From Podarcis cretensis (Eukaryota), in the NCBI GenBank assembly GCA_951804945.1, contig OX638161.1, positions 32,240,001 through 32,304,000 of the forward strand: a stretch of 64,000 bases of DNA, read 5' to 3'. Below, piece by piece: positions 1 to 11,117 of this stretch. Under the pieces are notes generated by a model. It was given only the letters and a program-made list of their open reading frames with translations, did not search any database and was not told the DNA's origin. Positions within the stretch are counted from its first letter, which is position 1, and every line of letters begins with the position of its first letter. A program made the translations under genes and the position numbers.

Positions 1-300
1 AGTTAAGAGGCAATTGGCCTTAGGCAGGCTCCATAAGGGGGGCGATTGAGAAGGGAAGGGCGTGGAGATTATTTGGAGCAACACCATTACTCCAAGTGGC
101 AGCATTCCAAAGCTTCTCTCTGTGAATATTGAATAAAAGACATTGCAAGAGTTTTTCTTGCTTGCTTATCCCTGGCACCCTGTCGTTGGGGGACAGGGAT
201 CAGATTCCCTGAAGCCTGACACTTGGTCACCGTAGCTGATGGTATTTATCTGGAGAGAAATGGGGGGATTTATTTTGGGGGTTTTGTTCCTGATTTGGCA
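1..300 (+). mobile_element. Degenerate Ngaro-type SGNH hydrolase ORF relic
   Basis: Broken reading GGD*..KGVE/IIWSN and ADGIYL..NG resembles GGND..., IIWS and DGVHL motifs; a better-preserved piece is at 56398-56589. Confidence 0.35.
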
Positions 301-344
301 ATGTCACTGGGCTCAGGGGGCCTTGATGGCTAATAATACCTTTG

Positions 345-480
345 TTCAGCTCTGGTAAAGAACATACAATGCATGGGAAAAGTCCCAAGTTCAGTCTCTG
401 TAACATACAGTTAAGTTGAACAAATACTTTTGTCTAAATCCATGGAGATCCACTGTGGGCAAGTATGGCCAACCCTGAGC
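345..480 (+). mobile_element. Old tRNA-derived SINE relic (Squam3-like)
   Basis: Decayed A/B-box-like head and body similar to relics at ~19970-20100 and ~26385-26540. Confidence 0.4.
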
Positions 481-494
481 TGCTGTGTGTTCAT

Positions 495-578
495 TTCCCA
501 CCAAGCACACAGCTTTGGGAGGGAGGCACATGGAGCGGTGAGGGAGGAAGGCCCACTGCTACTGCCTTCCTAGCCAGC
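495..578 (-). pseudogene. RN7SK: 7SK RNA pseudogene fragment (old, CpG-decayed)
   Basis: cacacagctttgggagggaggcacatggagcggtgagggaggaagg matches the 7SK copy at ~21910-21965. Confidence 0.8.
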
Positions 579-849
579 TTCAACCATCTGGAGGCCTCAT
601 TGAAGGACCCTCCCTTGCAGTGTCTTGCCAGAGTATTTGAGTATTCGAGAGCAAAGCGTGGCAGCATTAAAGAGCCCACAGCTCTTTGCTTTAGCCACGT
701 TGTTACAGCTCTTCATCCCAAAAAGCCGCATGTGTCATATACTCTCAATTCTATGCTCATGATGCCAAGTTTGCAGGTTCTCAATTAATTCTGAGCAAAG
801 CCAATGGGCCTTTTCTGGGCTTCGCCAGGTGACTCTATAACCCTGCTGT

Positions 850-1540
850 GTTTCTCCCCCAAAGTGATGCATGGCATCACAGCAGGCCTCGACATGGCTT
901 CAAACATTACTCTTATTCAAGTGAATATCCCTCTCGCTCAGTCTCTAGGGACAGAACTATTGCCTGCCTTCAAAAGCATCAAGAGCGGGTCGAGGCATGC
1001 ACAGTGAGATCACATTCTCCCTACCACCGTTCACGGATGGCTCGGTGCAGTTGTAGGTTTCCTTCCACCTCTAACCTATCTGACAATTCTTTGAGCCCTG
1101 AACCACATAGGTCTCAGCGCAAGAGAAAAAGACCCCACAGAACCAAGAGAAGAGGACGCAAGTCCAAATGGAACTCATCGTATTCATCGGATTCATCATG
1201 TAGATCTGACTACTCGGACATGGACTATGAGGACCAGATTAAGGGGTTCTGGGTTACAACAGCTAAATTGTCTGGTCTCCCAAAATGGGTCTGGGAAAGT
1301 AGAAATAAGAGGCACAGGCGTGACAATGGTGTCATAGCCCCTTTTGGTGACGAGGGCTTAGACTCCAGGGAAGCACATTAGAGAGAGTAATTTTAAATGT
1401 ATGGATCAGCCTTCTGGGATTTGCTTGCAAAAAAAATATATGTGAGCACATTCTCAATGGGGAGTTTATAAACATGTTTTCCTTGCTGTGGTATAAAATC
1501 AGAACCTGCCAAGTGATGACTGCATGGGAGAGACTTTGGA
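850..1540 (+). mobile_element. Ngaro/DIRS-like gag-type ORF1 relic
   Basis: S/R-rich ORF 848-1381 ending GFW...GLPKWVWE.R, followed by broken EHILNGEFINMFSLL, similar to the KIxxGEYVDIFSLL motif recalled from Ngaro ORF1. Confidence 0.45.
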
Positions 1541-1559
1541 AAGTATATCTGAAATTTAG

Positions 1560-1953
1560 TGCATGCTATTGTGAAAATAATGTATAAGTGGTACTTAGAA
1601 ACATAATAAGTTAGCAAAAATGTATTAAAATGTTCCAAATATGTGCTGGAAATGCCAACAGGAGGAATGGTCATTTTATCACATGTAGTGGTCCTGAGAA
1701 AAAGCTATTTTTGGGAAATGATGTATAATGAGTTGAAAATGATGTTTAGACTGATAATTCCTTGAAAAAAACACAAACCCGTCCCCGAAGCCTTTCTTCT
1801 AGGAATAATGGGACTGGAAGTCCCCCATCCCCCACCCCAAAATTGACCAATTTATTTTTATATGCAACAGCAGCTACAACTTTATATGCACAGAAGTGGA
1901 AAGAAGAAGAATTACCAAGGAAGGAGAATTGGCTTATGAAACCAGTAGACTGA
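1560..1953 (+). mobile_element. L1 ORF2 C-terminal fragment
   Basis: Decayed MYKWYL...KLAKMY...CWKC...FYHM*WS zinc-knuckle region and LFLYATAA..LYAQKWK typical of L1 ORF2 end. Confidence 0.75.
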
Positions 1954-2130
1954 ATTCATTTTGTCTTATTGCTAGATAATTGGGATTAAATGGAAGCCTG
2001 AAGATAACTGGCCATTACTGGATTATCCTTCGTAAGCAGCAGTGTGAGTGAGCAGAGCTCAGTTGTATGCCAGCACCCCATTATGCTGTCTGCTACTGGC
2101 TGATGTCTAAGTTTGAGCAGGCCATGTACC

Positions 2131-2558
2131 TGCTAGGATTCTTTTCCCGTGTTGAAGTCCTGGGATTGTTTTTATCACATGACGGTGTATGTTTTCATTC
2201 CAGGTAGTGGGAAGTGATGGAGACAGGATGTTTTTATTACTGTGTTTCCGTGATGTAGGACATTTGTCCTCTGTTCTTGCTCTTTGCTGTCTGATGCTGA
2301 AGAGGAAGGAGCTGAGTTATGATGCTCCAAGTGTGTATATGTAAATAAACGTAGTTTAGCCAAATTGCTGTGCTACTGAGTCTGAACACTGACTGCCTAT
2401 ACTCTGCTGATGTGTGCGGATGAATCAGTATCAGGCATGTGATATTCGGGCTGGAGAAAGATTTTGAATCTCCTGAATGACCGACCAGGAGGGAGCGAAC
2501 ATGCCAGTTGGGCATGTGTCTCTACTGGACTCCTACTCGTATGCAGGACCTCCTGACA
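2131..2558 (+). mobile_element. Solo LTR (428 bp)
   Basis: TG...CA termini (tgctagga / tcctgaca), 5-bp TSD GTACC at 2126-2130 and 2559-2563, AATAAA near 2344. Confidence 0.8.
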
Positions 2559-3140
2559 GTACCTGTCAATCACCTGATCTTTTAATTTAAATTATTATCA
2601 CTTTGGCTGTGAGAGTTTTCAGAAGGGAACAGGCAGACACAACTAAAGAAAGCCGTTCAGGTGCAGGCTTCTTAACTCCTGCTAGGCAGCAGTGATGCAA
2701 TTGAGTGGAGGTCAACTGAGAGCCACTGCACTACCATAATGTCTGTTACTGCCATTGGGTGCACCCAGTTCCCCAACGTTCAAATGTAAGCTCTAATGCA
2801 CATGATGGAAGAGCACACTTCATATGAAGGGGAACCTAAGCTCCTTCAGCTGAACACTAATGGAAGTTCAAAGTAATTCATGATCAGAAAGAATTTGCCA
2901 GTTTTGCAAACAGATGAGGTGGGGGTAGAGGACAATAAAAATAGTTAAGATGTTATACAAAATGTAGGTATGCACTACAAGAAAAAAATGAAAAAGTATC
3001 CTTGCATACTAGAAGTCAATTAATTTTTGGAGTCGTTTTCGTCTTTCTTTTAGTTCCTGCTGTTTTCTTTGCTACAGTTTAAAATCCATGAAAAAACAGA
3101 AGGGCCAAATAAATTCTAGGAGTAAAATATTGTGCCTTAC

Positions 3141-3240
3141 TGGGCATCCTTCAGCAAACATGAATTAATTCAAATGGCACCAAAATGGGAAAGCATAAAT
3201 TTCCCTGGGGCAAAGATTCCCAAGAGATTTTGCAATGGCA
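3141..3240 (+). promoter_or_regulatory. OR upstream module: homeodomain site plus tandem O/E (EBF) sites
   Basis: Palindrome TGAATTAATTCA 3161-3172; TTCCCTGGGG 3201-3210; TTCCCAAGAGA 3217-3227; paralogous to 6721-6845. Confidence 0.65.
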
Positions 3241-3654
3241 TCTTTGTTTGCATATCTGAGAACAATGAAATTCCTGAACTGGGGAATGAAACATGCTGAT
3301 ATTGTATTGGTTGTGTGTTTTGGATTTCTGTTGTCCCTGAAACTGCCACTTTTCATTTATACATTATGTACATTTCAGTGGCAGAAAATAATGAATGAGA
3401 AAACCTTAGCATACAAGGATTGGGTGGAAATACTCTGATGCGATCTCACTCTTCTCCTGATCGTCTTGCTTTTCATATATATTGAGGAGCAACTGGGGCA
3501 GAACTGGGCTGGCTAGGTTGAATCTATCTTCTCCTCAGCTCCCTTTGTGTCCATCGCTTTCTGGATTGATCCAGCAGGCACTTATATTCTTATGAATATT
3601 AAAAGAACTAGTAGGGAAATCGACAACATTTGTTTTGCACAGTATCATGGGACT

Positions 3655-3797
3655 GGTATGTTCTCCCAAAAGAGACCCTGAAATAGCACAGGAAAGGAGA
3701 ATGACATCACCTCCTCCTTGCAACCCATGTACCTTCAAATAAATATCAGCGTCAAGCACATTGGCACTCTAATCTTCTGAGAGAAACAATGGTGAGT
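3655..3797 (+). promoter_or_regulatory. Putative core promoter and non-coding exon 1 of OR at 5069
   Basis: AT-rich TATA-like element ~3737, donor GTGAGT at 3792; homologous to 9028-9216 and 16560-16747. Confidence 0.55.
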
Positions 3798-5068
3798 ATA
3801 ATCCTTATTGATCATCTTAGAGAAGGGATTCAAGGATGCTCAAGATTTCAATTCTGAAAAGATTGTGAAATGACTCATCCAGTAGTTGGTTTAATGCTGA
3901 GATTAGCATAATATAATAAAATGGACTTCTTGTGGGGTTTTTTTTAAAGAAAATCATTTCTTTTATCTATAGGAGAAGGCAACAGAAACCTTGGGGAAAC
4001 TGCACAGAGAAATATTCCACCTGGAATATGGACAACTCACATTTACTTCCCAAAAATGTGATAGTGGATTGAATTAAGCGTTCTTGTTCACAGCAACAAT
4101 GATGTCAGGCAGATACTCTGGGATTCTATGGCTTTTCTGACAATAGGAAGCTTTTAATGATTCAGTGTGCAGTCTTCATCTTTTCAGCTCATTAGATTTG
4201 TATTTAACACAAATTAATTGGGAGATGTTCTCATCTGGGTTATCTTTTCCATTTTTTTTTAAAATGAAATGAATTATAATATATGGCAATACAATCACTA
4301 GAATAGAAATTACTTATTCAAATGGAATTAAAGGAAGTCCATCCCTTCTCTTCTTGTATTTTTTTAATAGGGTAGAACTTAATATGATTCTGCCTGCACA
4401 TTGAGTCTTTTGGTGTTTCCATGGGCCATGTTTCTAGAAATAAATAAAATAATATTTTGGGTTTTTTTTTTCAATTCTACTTGCAGGTTGTTGAAATCTT
4501 TGCTGTTTCAGTATTCTGGCAATCAGTCTTCATTCCCAAAACTTAATTCATTCAGGCTTATTCTTCATTGCTCTTAGGCAATATGTGAATTGCTATGCTG
4601 TTGTTCAATTGAAAAAAAATGGAGAGCACCTTTCAAAACACATACCCTCGCATGTGATATATCTCTCTCACACACACAAATGTTACATGTTTCATAAAAT
4701 GGTTTATGTACATTTGATGGCAAAATGGAAGATTTCTGTAAAAACTGCAATATTTACATCATGTGGCACATGGCTTATAAAGTATATGTATGCCCCCAGT
4801 CTCTGTTGCCTTTCCCCCAGTCTTTGAGGGTGGATAAATCATATTAGCTGAAAATATGTGAGTGAACATACTATCCCCATTAGGCTTCATGTCATATCAG
4901 GATAAAAGAATGCATCAACAATTGATAGTGTGCATACTTGGTTGCTGATTTAGATAGATGTGTAGTTGTGAACTAAAGCAATACCTATATGATCTTTTTT
5001 TTAAAAAAAGAAACTCCAAAAATTTATAAGCTCCACTAATTCAAAACTATTTAACTTCTATTTGCAGA

Positions 5069-6022
5069 ATGACGGAAATGAGAGAAATGGCTAACCAATC
5101 TACTCCAACAGAGTTCCATCTCATGGGGTTTTCTGAAACCCGTGATTTGCAGATTTTGCATTCTGCAATGTTTCTCTTCATTTACTTAACAGCTTTAGTG
5201 GGAAATTCTCTCATCATCACAGCTGTGGCCCTAGACCGCCACCTTCACAGCCCAATGTACTTCTTTTTGATCAACCTGTCATTGTTTGATGTGTGCTCCA
5301 TCTCCACCACTGTGCCCAAGTCTATCGCCATTTCAGTGACAAACAACAACATGATTTCTTTTGCTGGATGTGTGACACAGGTCTTCTTAGTGGTCACATT
5401 TGTTGGTGGGGAGCTTGCCTTGCTCACTGTTATGGCTTATGACCGTTATGTAGCGATCTGTCGTCCACTGCAATATACCTTAATCATGAATCAGGATGCC
5501 TGTATCCAATTGGCAGCTACTTGCTGGATAGGCAACCTGATCCATGCTGTACTGGAAACCAGTTTTACTTTCAAACTAAATTTCTGTGGAACCAATATGA
5601 TTGGACAATATTTTTGTGACATTCCTCAATTGCAAAAGATTTCTTGCAGTGATACAAAAGTGAGTCAAATTCTAATTCTTGTCCCTGGTTTTTTTCTGGA
5701 CTCTTTCTTTTTTACCTTCATCTTTACTTCCTATGGCTACATATTTTCTGCTGTGCTGAGGATCCCATCTGTCCAAGGCAGATATAAAGCTTTCTCTACC
5801 TGTACTCCTCACCTGACTGTCTTTTCTTTATTCATCATCACAGCTGTGTTTTCATACATGAGACCGAAAGCACTTTCTTCCCCCACAGTGGACTTGGTTT
5901 CTGCTGTATTATATACAGTTTTACCACCGGTTCTTAATCCCATTATTTATAGTCTCAGGAACAAGGACGTCCAACTGGCAGTCTGGAAAATACCCAGAAA
6001 ATTAAAACAGCTTGTAGCATGA
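5069..6022 (+). CDS. Olfactory receptor, OR14-like, intact (conserved start probably 5087, MANQS)
   Basis: 317 aa ORF with LHSPMYFFL, MAYDRYVAIC, KAFSTC, PVLNPIIYSLRN; acceptor tttgcag ends 5067. Confidence 0.97.
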   Translation: MTEMREMANQSTPTEFHLMGFSETRDLQILHSAMFLFIYLTALVGNSLIITAVALDRHLHSPMYFFLINLSLFDVCSISTTVPKSIAISVTNNNMISFAGCVTQVFLVVTFVGGELALLTVMAYDRYVAICRPLQYTLIMNQDACIQLAATCWIGNLIHAVLETSFTFKLNFCGTNMIGQYFCDIPQLQKISCSDTKVSQILILVPGFFLDSFFFTFIFTSYGYIFSAVLRIPSVQGRYKAFSTCTPHLTVFSLFIITAVFSYMRPKALSSPTVDLVSAVLYTVLPPVLNPIIYSLRNKDVQLAVWKIPRKLKQLVA

Positions 6023-6720
6023 TTAATCAGTTCCAAATTCTTTTTTTGAAAAATGTTAAAGATGGAAACACTAAATGGGGATCTGAGGTCTGCCATGTAA
6101 ACTTAGATATACCCATTTATATTTTGAAATAGGACCTTCCTCAATATTAACTATTCATCATACTGAATGGTTCTTTTGTCATTTGCATAGATTTTGTGAG
6201 ACATTTTATATGTGTAAGTTCTATTAATTATTTATTTATGGGACACTGTTACAACTGTGAGAGAATTCTAGAGCAATAACTTGGTGTTCTTTAGGTGAAG
6301 TTTAGACACTTAACAGGGGTTCTGTATTTAAACAAAAATACAAGAGTTTTTAGGAGTCTATTTTCCCAGGAGAGCTACAATTACCAGAGTTACCTGGGGA
6401 GAGGGATTGATTTTTAAACAATTCATGTATTGTTGAGGTGGGATAAGGTGCAACAGAAGCATCTCTGGTTTGCACTCCTTCACCCACCCACATACATGCA
6501 CCATGTATTAACACTCGAACAAGGTTTATTGGAAAATGCAGAAAAATGTAGATGTGATACAGAATATTTGATTTAGCAAAACAAAATGAAAAACTACACA
6601 GCAAAAGACAATTCGGTTTTTAATCCCATATCAGCTCTTCTTTCAGCTCCAGCAGCTTTATTGGCCGCCATTTACAATCAATGGAAAAATAAATTCCTCA
6701 AGCAGAACACTGTACTTCAC

Positions 6721-6845
6721 TGGGCATCCTGTACCATAAATGAATGAAATTCAAAGGGAAAATCTATGGCTTATGGTTTCATAACTAAACCCACACAACA
6801 TAACAGAAATTTCCCCAGAGCAATGATTCCCAGAAGATTTTACAA
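6721..6845 (+). promoter_or_regulatory. Paralogous OR upstream module with tandem O/E-like sites
   Basis: tgggcatcct...tgaatgaaattca...ttccccagagcaatgattcccagaaga aligns to 3141-3235. Confidence 0.6.
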
Positions 6846-7110
6846 AGGGCTTCTTTTTTTCAGGAGACGAAACAAATCTCTGAACTGACTATATATTCTG
6901 ATGTATTATATTGATATTTTCGTGATATGTGTCTGTTTTGGATTCTTCTTGACCATTGAGAATGTGACACCATCTTTCTCCCTTCATACAGTGTGCACCT
7001 TTGAGTTGTATAAATAAATAAATGACTGAGATAACCATTAGCTTATTAAAGTTCTCAAATCATATTAACCATTTACGCATAACTGCTATACCTTGAGTCT
7101 TTTTTAAGAG

Positions 7111-8188
7111 TGTGATGGCAAACCCCCCCCTTTCCCTCCTTTCACATACATTGAGGAGGAACTGGGGCAGCAGTGAGCTGGCTAGGATGAAGGCCATCCA
7201 TCCTCCTCCTCCTCCCAGCCCAACCATCTTCCTTTGTGTGCTTTGCTTTCTGGGCTATCCCCTGGTGACAGAATTGCATCCATTCCTCGCCAAGGCAATG
7301 ATGGATTTTTTTTCAGACAAAACAAAGCAAAATTGATCCACACAAGTAAGATGGCGCTCCCACCAAAACAAGATGGCGCTCCTGCCAAAAGACCCGGTAC
7401 CCCTACAAGAAGAAGATACAAAATGGCAGTCGGGTCACTTTGGGGGGGGGGAGTTTCCAGCCCAGAGCAATTCCCCACAGACCGTAAGCAGAATAAAAGC
7501 CTCTCAAAGAGGGGACTCTCTGGACTAAAAATGAAATCAACTTGAATTTCTAAACCCCAACACTGCAGCCGCAGCCAGGGAATGAGTGAAGCCATCCGGC
7601 TGAACAGAGGCAGCGGCAAGTTCAGAGCTCAAGGGGCCAAAGTCCCATAAGGCAGAAAGCATCCCAAGGGGAAAAGGGAAAGGCAAGGCAAGGAGGGGAA
7701 ATTAAATCAAGGGAATAATGAGTAAAGGAGAAACTGGGGGGAAAGGGGGAATAAATAGAAACAGATTCACCAAGTGGATCATCGAAGTAGATCGTGCTCT
7801 CTCTCGGCTCGCAGCGGACACGTTGCTGGTGTTCCGATGCATGCACCAAAAGAGGAAGCTCTGGGTCATGTGCATAGGTATATATAGGTCCCTTGATCCG
7901 TTTAGCCTGCATCCCATTGGCCTGATTGAACCCTGCATCAAGGGACCTACCAATCAGGTGTTGTGGCTATCTAAAGATACCCACCCACGACACAGGGTTA
8001 GGTTGCCAGGTCCCACCGCAACACATACCCTCTTTAAGGGAGGACCCGATTTACATTCCATTATCCTCCAGCTGAAACAGTTCTTGCCAGGAATCACACA
8101 ACAATCTGGCACAGTCCAGAACACACTCTGAGGACAGTTCAACACAGTTTGCACACAGTCCAGGGACACAGTCTGGGCCCATAACCAT
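7111..8188 (-). mobile_element. Probable solo LTR (~1.08 kb)
   Basis: GC-richer block starting tgtgatgg; minus-strand CCAAT and TATA (~7880-7955); repeated YY1-like AAGATGGCG; no TSD found. Confidence 0.5.
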
Positions 8189-8762
8189 TGTGAGCATTAA
8201 ATGCCCATTGCAGATAGAGAACTCAGTCCTTTACAGCAGAATGCAGCAGAAAAAACTGTGGTTGGAATAGTAACATCAAAGGTTTTATTTATAAAGCAAA
8301 TAACAAAACAACAAGATGACTCTCACATGAATCTTCCTCAGCAGAGGAGCACAGCAGAGCAGAGAGAGAGAGGAGACATTTAAATAGTTCCCATACTCAT
8401 ACATCAATTAAGTAATTAAAGGCAACCCACAACATTATACAATGTGAGAATGAGACATTACAGTACACTTATTATCCTTTTCTTCCTGGACTTTCCCCAT
8501 GATGGCACATCACTGAATCAATCTAGACCATGACTGGCACTTTTTGCAGCATTGCTCTAGTAATAGGATTACTATCCCTCAGTATCAAACAGTGCTGCTA
8601 ACTTGCACCATTGTGTTCTTTGATCATTTGATCTGAGCAAGATTGATTATTCCTCCTTGTCAGCTGGCTTGTTTGATAATCAACATTCCACGGTGCAAAT
8701 ATACAAAATATGACATATTTTAGGCAGTAGTGAAGAAGCTATGGATGCCCTCCCAGATGGAA

Positions 8763-8927
8763 AATGAATTGGAGTGTCTGGCTCAAATGTTAATTGCTTC
8801 CTGGATATGCAATCCAGTTTTAGTTTCATGCTAAATTTTTGTGGGATTGAAGTCATAGGACAATATTTTTGTGACCTTCCTCAGTTAAAAGAGATTTTTT
8901 GCAGTGATACATAGGTTAATCAAGTTC
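8763..8927 (+). pseudogene. OR pseudogene fragment (TM4-ECL2)
   Basis: Reads MNW...QM..ASWI...LNFCG..VIGQYFCDLPQLKEIFCSDT*VNQV with indels and a stop. Confidence 0.8.
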
Positions 8928-9027
8928 AACACTCTAACCGCCACAATATATACAATACTTTATTATGATAAAGACAATTGCACTCCTTGTTGTGTAAATC
9001 AGGACCTGCAAATCATTATGGTGAGGT

Positions 9028-9216
9028 TCTCCAAGGAGTGATTCTCTGAAACACTACGGAAATTTAATGATCTTCTCCATGGACCTACTGTCTGAAACAC
9101 TACAGACAACAGGGAAGCACAATTTATTCCTCCTTCTCATAAAATATATATCTTCTACTAAGGACTACACTCCAGCATCTAGGCATTTCCTCCTTCCAGA
9201 GAATGATGAGGTGAGT
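9028..9216 (+). promoter_or_regulatory. Putative promoter and non-coding exon 1 of OR at 9781
   Basis: O/E-like tctccaaggag, TATA-like aaaatatata ~9141, donor GTGAGT at 9211, acceptor cttag ends 9690. Confidence 0.55.
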
Positions 9217-9780
9217 AGCATCCCATTAGTTCATCCTCAGAGGAGACTAGGGCTTGGAAGGTGTCCTATTTCAGTTCTGAAAAGACCTCAAAATGTTTAA
9301 TACAGCAGTAAGATTAATGCAGACATAATTATTCTATGATAAAAATAGATTACATTTATAGGTAAGAGAAGATAATAATGTGGTGTTTCAAAATTCTGGA
9401 GATTGGGTTTAAACCCTCAGCTCTCATCAAAGCAACATGATATTTCACTGGTTGTTCTTATAAGCTACAGCTAGCAGTTGATTCTACTTTCTCATTATTG
9501 ATTCAACATGTAACCAAGATGGGTCTTTCCTGAGATGCTCTCTATGTGCCCTTCCAACTCTAAAATTCTATGAGTACTGGGGAGAATCAATGGTGCCATT
9601 ACATCATATTGAGATAGGGGGAAACCCCACATACGATTGCCTGCATATTCCCTCAAGCAACAGACTCTCATTAACTCTTTCTAATCTTAGGTGCCACAAC
9701 CCTTCTGCTGGTGTTGCTAAAACAAAATAACAGAGCTACTCTTCTAGAACTTTTTAAAAGAAATATTTCAAAGAATTAAG

Positions 9781-10716
9781 ATGGCCAACCAGTCTACAGT
9801 GACAGAATTTCTTCTGATGGGGTTTTCCAGTGACCCAGAAGAACAATTTTTTTACTTTGTGATATTTCTCTCCATTTATTTAATAGCCTTAGTGGGAAAT
9901 TTCCTCATCATCATTGCTGTTGCCCTAAACCACAAGCTACACACTCCTATGTACTTCTTTCTGGTCAACCTATCATTATCAGACATTTGCTACATCTCAA
10001 CCACAATCCCAAAATCCATAACTGCTTCTTTGTCAGATGACAAAAGGATTTCTTTTGCTGGTTGTGTTGCACAGGTTTTCTTAGTTTTGACTTTTGCAGG
10101 TTCTGAGCTTGCCTTGCTCACTATCATGGCTTATGATCGCTATGCTGCAATCTGCCATCCTTTACAGTATGAGCTAATCATGAACTGCGATGCCTGCATT
10201 CAAATGGCAGCTGCTTCCTGGATAAGTAACCTAATCCATTCATCATTACATACCATTATCACTTTCAGGCTACATTTCTGTGGGTCCAATATTATTGGGC
10301 AGTATTTCTGTGATATCCCTCAGTTGCTAAAGATTTCTTGTACTGACACAAAGGTTAATCAAATTTTGATTTTTGCCATAGGGATTACAGTAGCTTCATT
10401 TTGTGGAGGGTTCATCTTTGTTTCCTATGGCTACATCTTCTCTGCAGTGTTGAGAATCCCTTCTGTTCAAGGTAGATATAAAGTTTTCTCTACCTGCATC
10501 CCCCACCTGACTGTCTTTTCTTTATTTATTAGCACAGATTTGTTTTCATATATGAGTCCTAAAGCACTTTCTTCTACAACAATGGATTTGCTCTCTGCTG
10601 TATTGTATACGGTTTTGCCACCACTACTGAATCCCATTATTTATAGCTTTAGGAACAAAGACATCCAAGAGGCTGTATTGAAAATACCAAAAAGAATTAG
10701 AAGACTCCTAGCATGA
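9781..10716 (+). CDS. Olfactory receptor, OR14-like, intact
   Basis: 311 aa; LHTPMYFFL, MAYDRYAAIC, KVFSTC, PLLNPIIYSFRN. Confidence 0.97.
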   Translation: MANQSTVTEFLLMGFSSDPEEQFFYFVIFLSIYLIALVGNFLIIIAVALNHKLHTPMYFFLVNLSLSDICYISTTIPKSITASLSDDKRISFAGCVAQVFLVLTFAGSELALLTIMAYDRYAAICHPLQYELIMNCDACIQMAAASWISNLIHSSLHTIITFRLHFCGSNIIGQYFCDIPQLLKISCTDTKVNQILIFAIGITVASFCGGFIFVSYGYIFSAVLRIPSVQGRYKVFSTCIPHLTVFSLFISTDLFSYMSPKALSSTTMDLLSAVLYTVLPPLLNPIIYSFRNKDIQEAVLKIPKRIRRLLA

Positions 10717-10779
10717 TTGCTCAAGTTGTGTCTCATACACATCACATTTCCTGTGCATTGTATAAGAATGCAAATGTCA

Positions 10780-11000
10780 GTGAAAATTGCATAAAAATGC
10801 ATTATATTGCTTAACAGTGCACTGCACATAGATGGGCAAATTTGCATATAAAATGTGCATATTAGGAAAGTTTCACACAAAACAACTGATGAGTTTTCAT
10901 TAGGACTTAAAAAAAGAAGAAGTATGCCAATATGTAAATGTGAGGAACTGGATTTAATGCTGAGAAAGTGAAAGAAAATGAAATTGACACATTCACCCTT
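10780..11000 (+). repeat. Unclassified dispersed repeat (related copies ~12470-12690, ~27480-27900)
   Basis: Shared aaatgtg(c/t)atattag...ctgatga.ttttcat..ggact...gaaa.tgaca motifs. Confidence 0.5.
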
Positions 11001-11117
11001 GCTCCTCCCAACCTGCTAAATTACGTTTCTTTTTGAGTGGAGGTGTTAGAAGGGAGGAAGGGTAGAATAAGTCTTTGCACAAATAATGAGGTCTCTGAAC
11101 CACATTTGCATCTGATA

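Noticed and set aside
848-1381. Host SR-rich protein gene
   Set aside because: Non-ATG start, no exon structure, and the context is decayed retroelement sequence.
8190-8434. Small minus-strand solo LTR (tgtgag...caaca)
   Set aside because: TG..CA ends and a polyA signal are present but no TSD could be matched, so it was not called.
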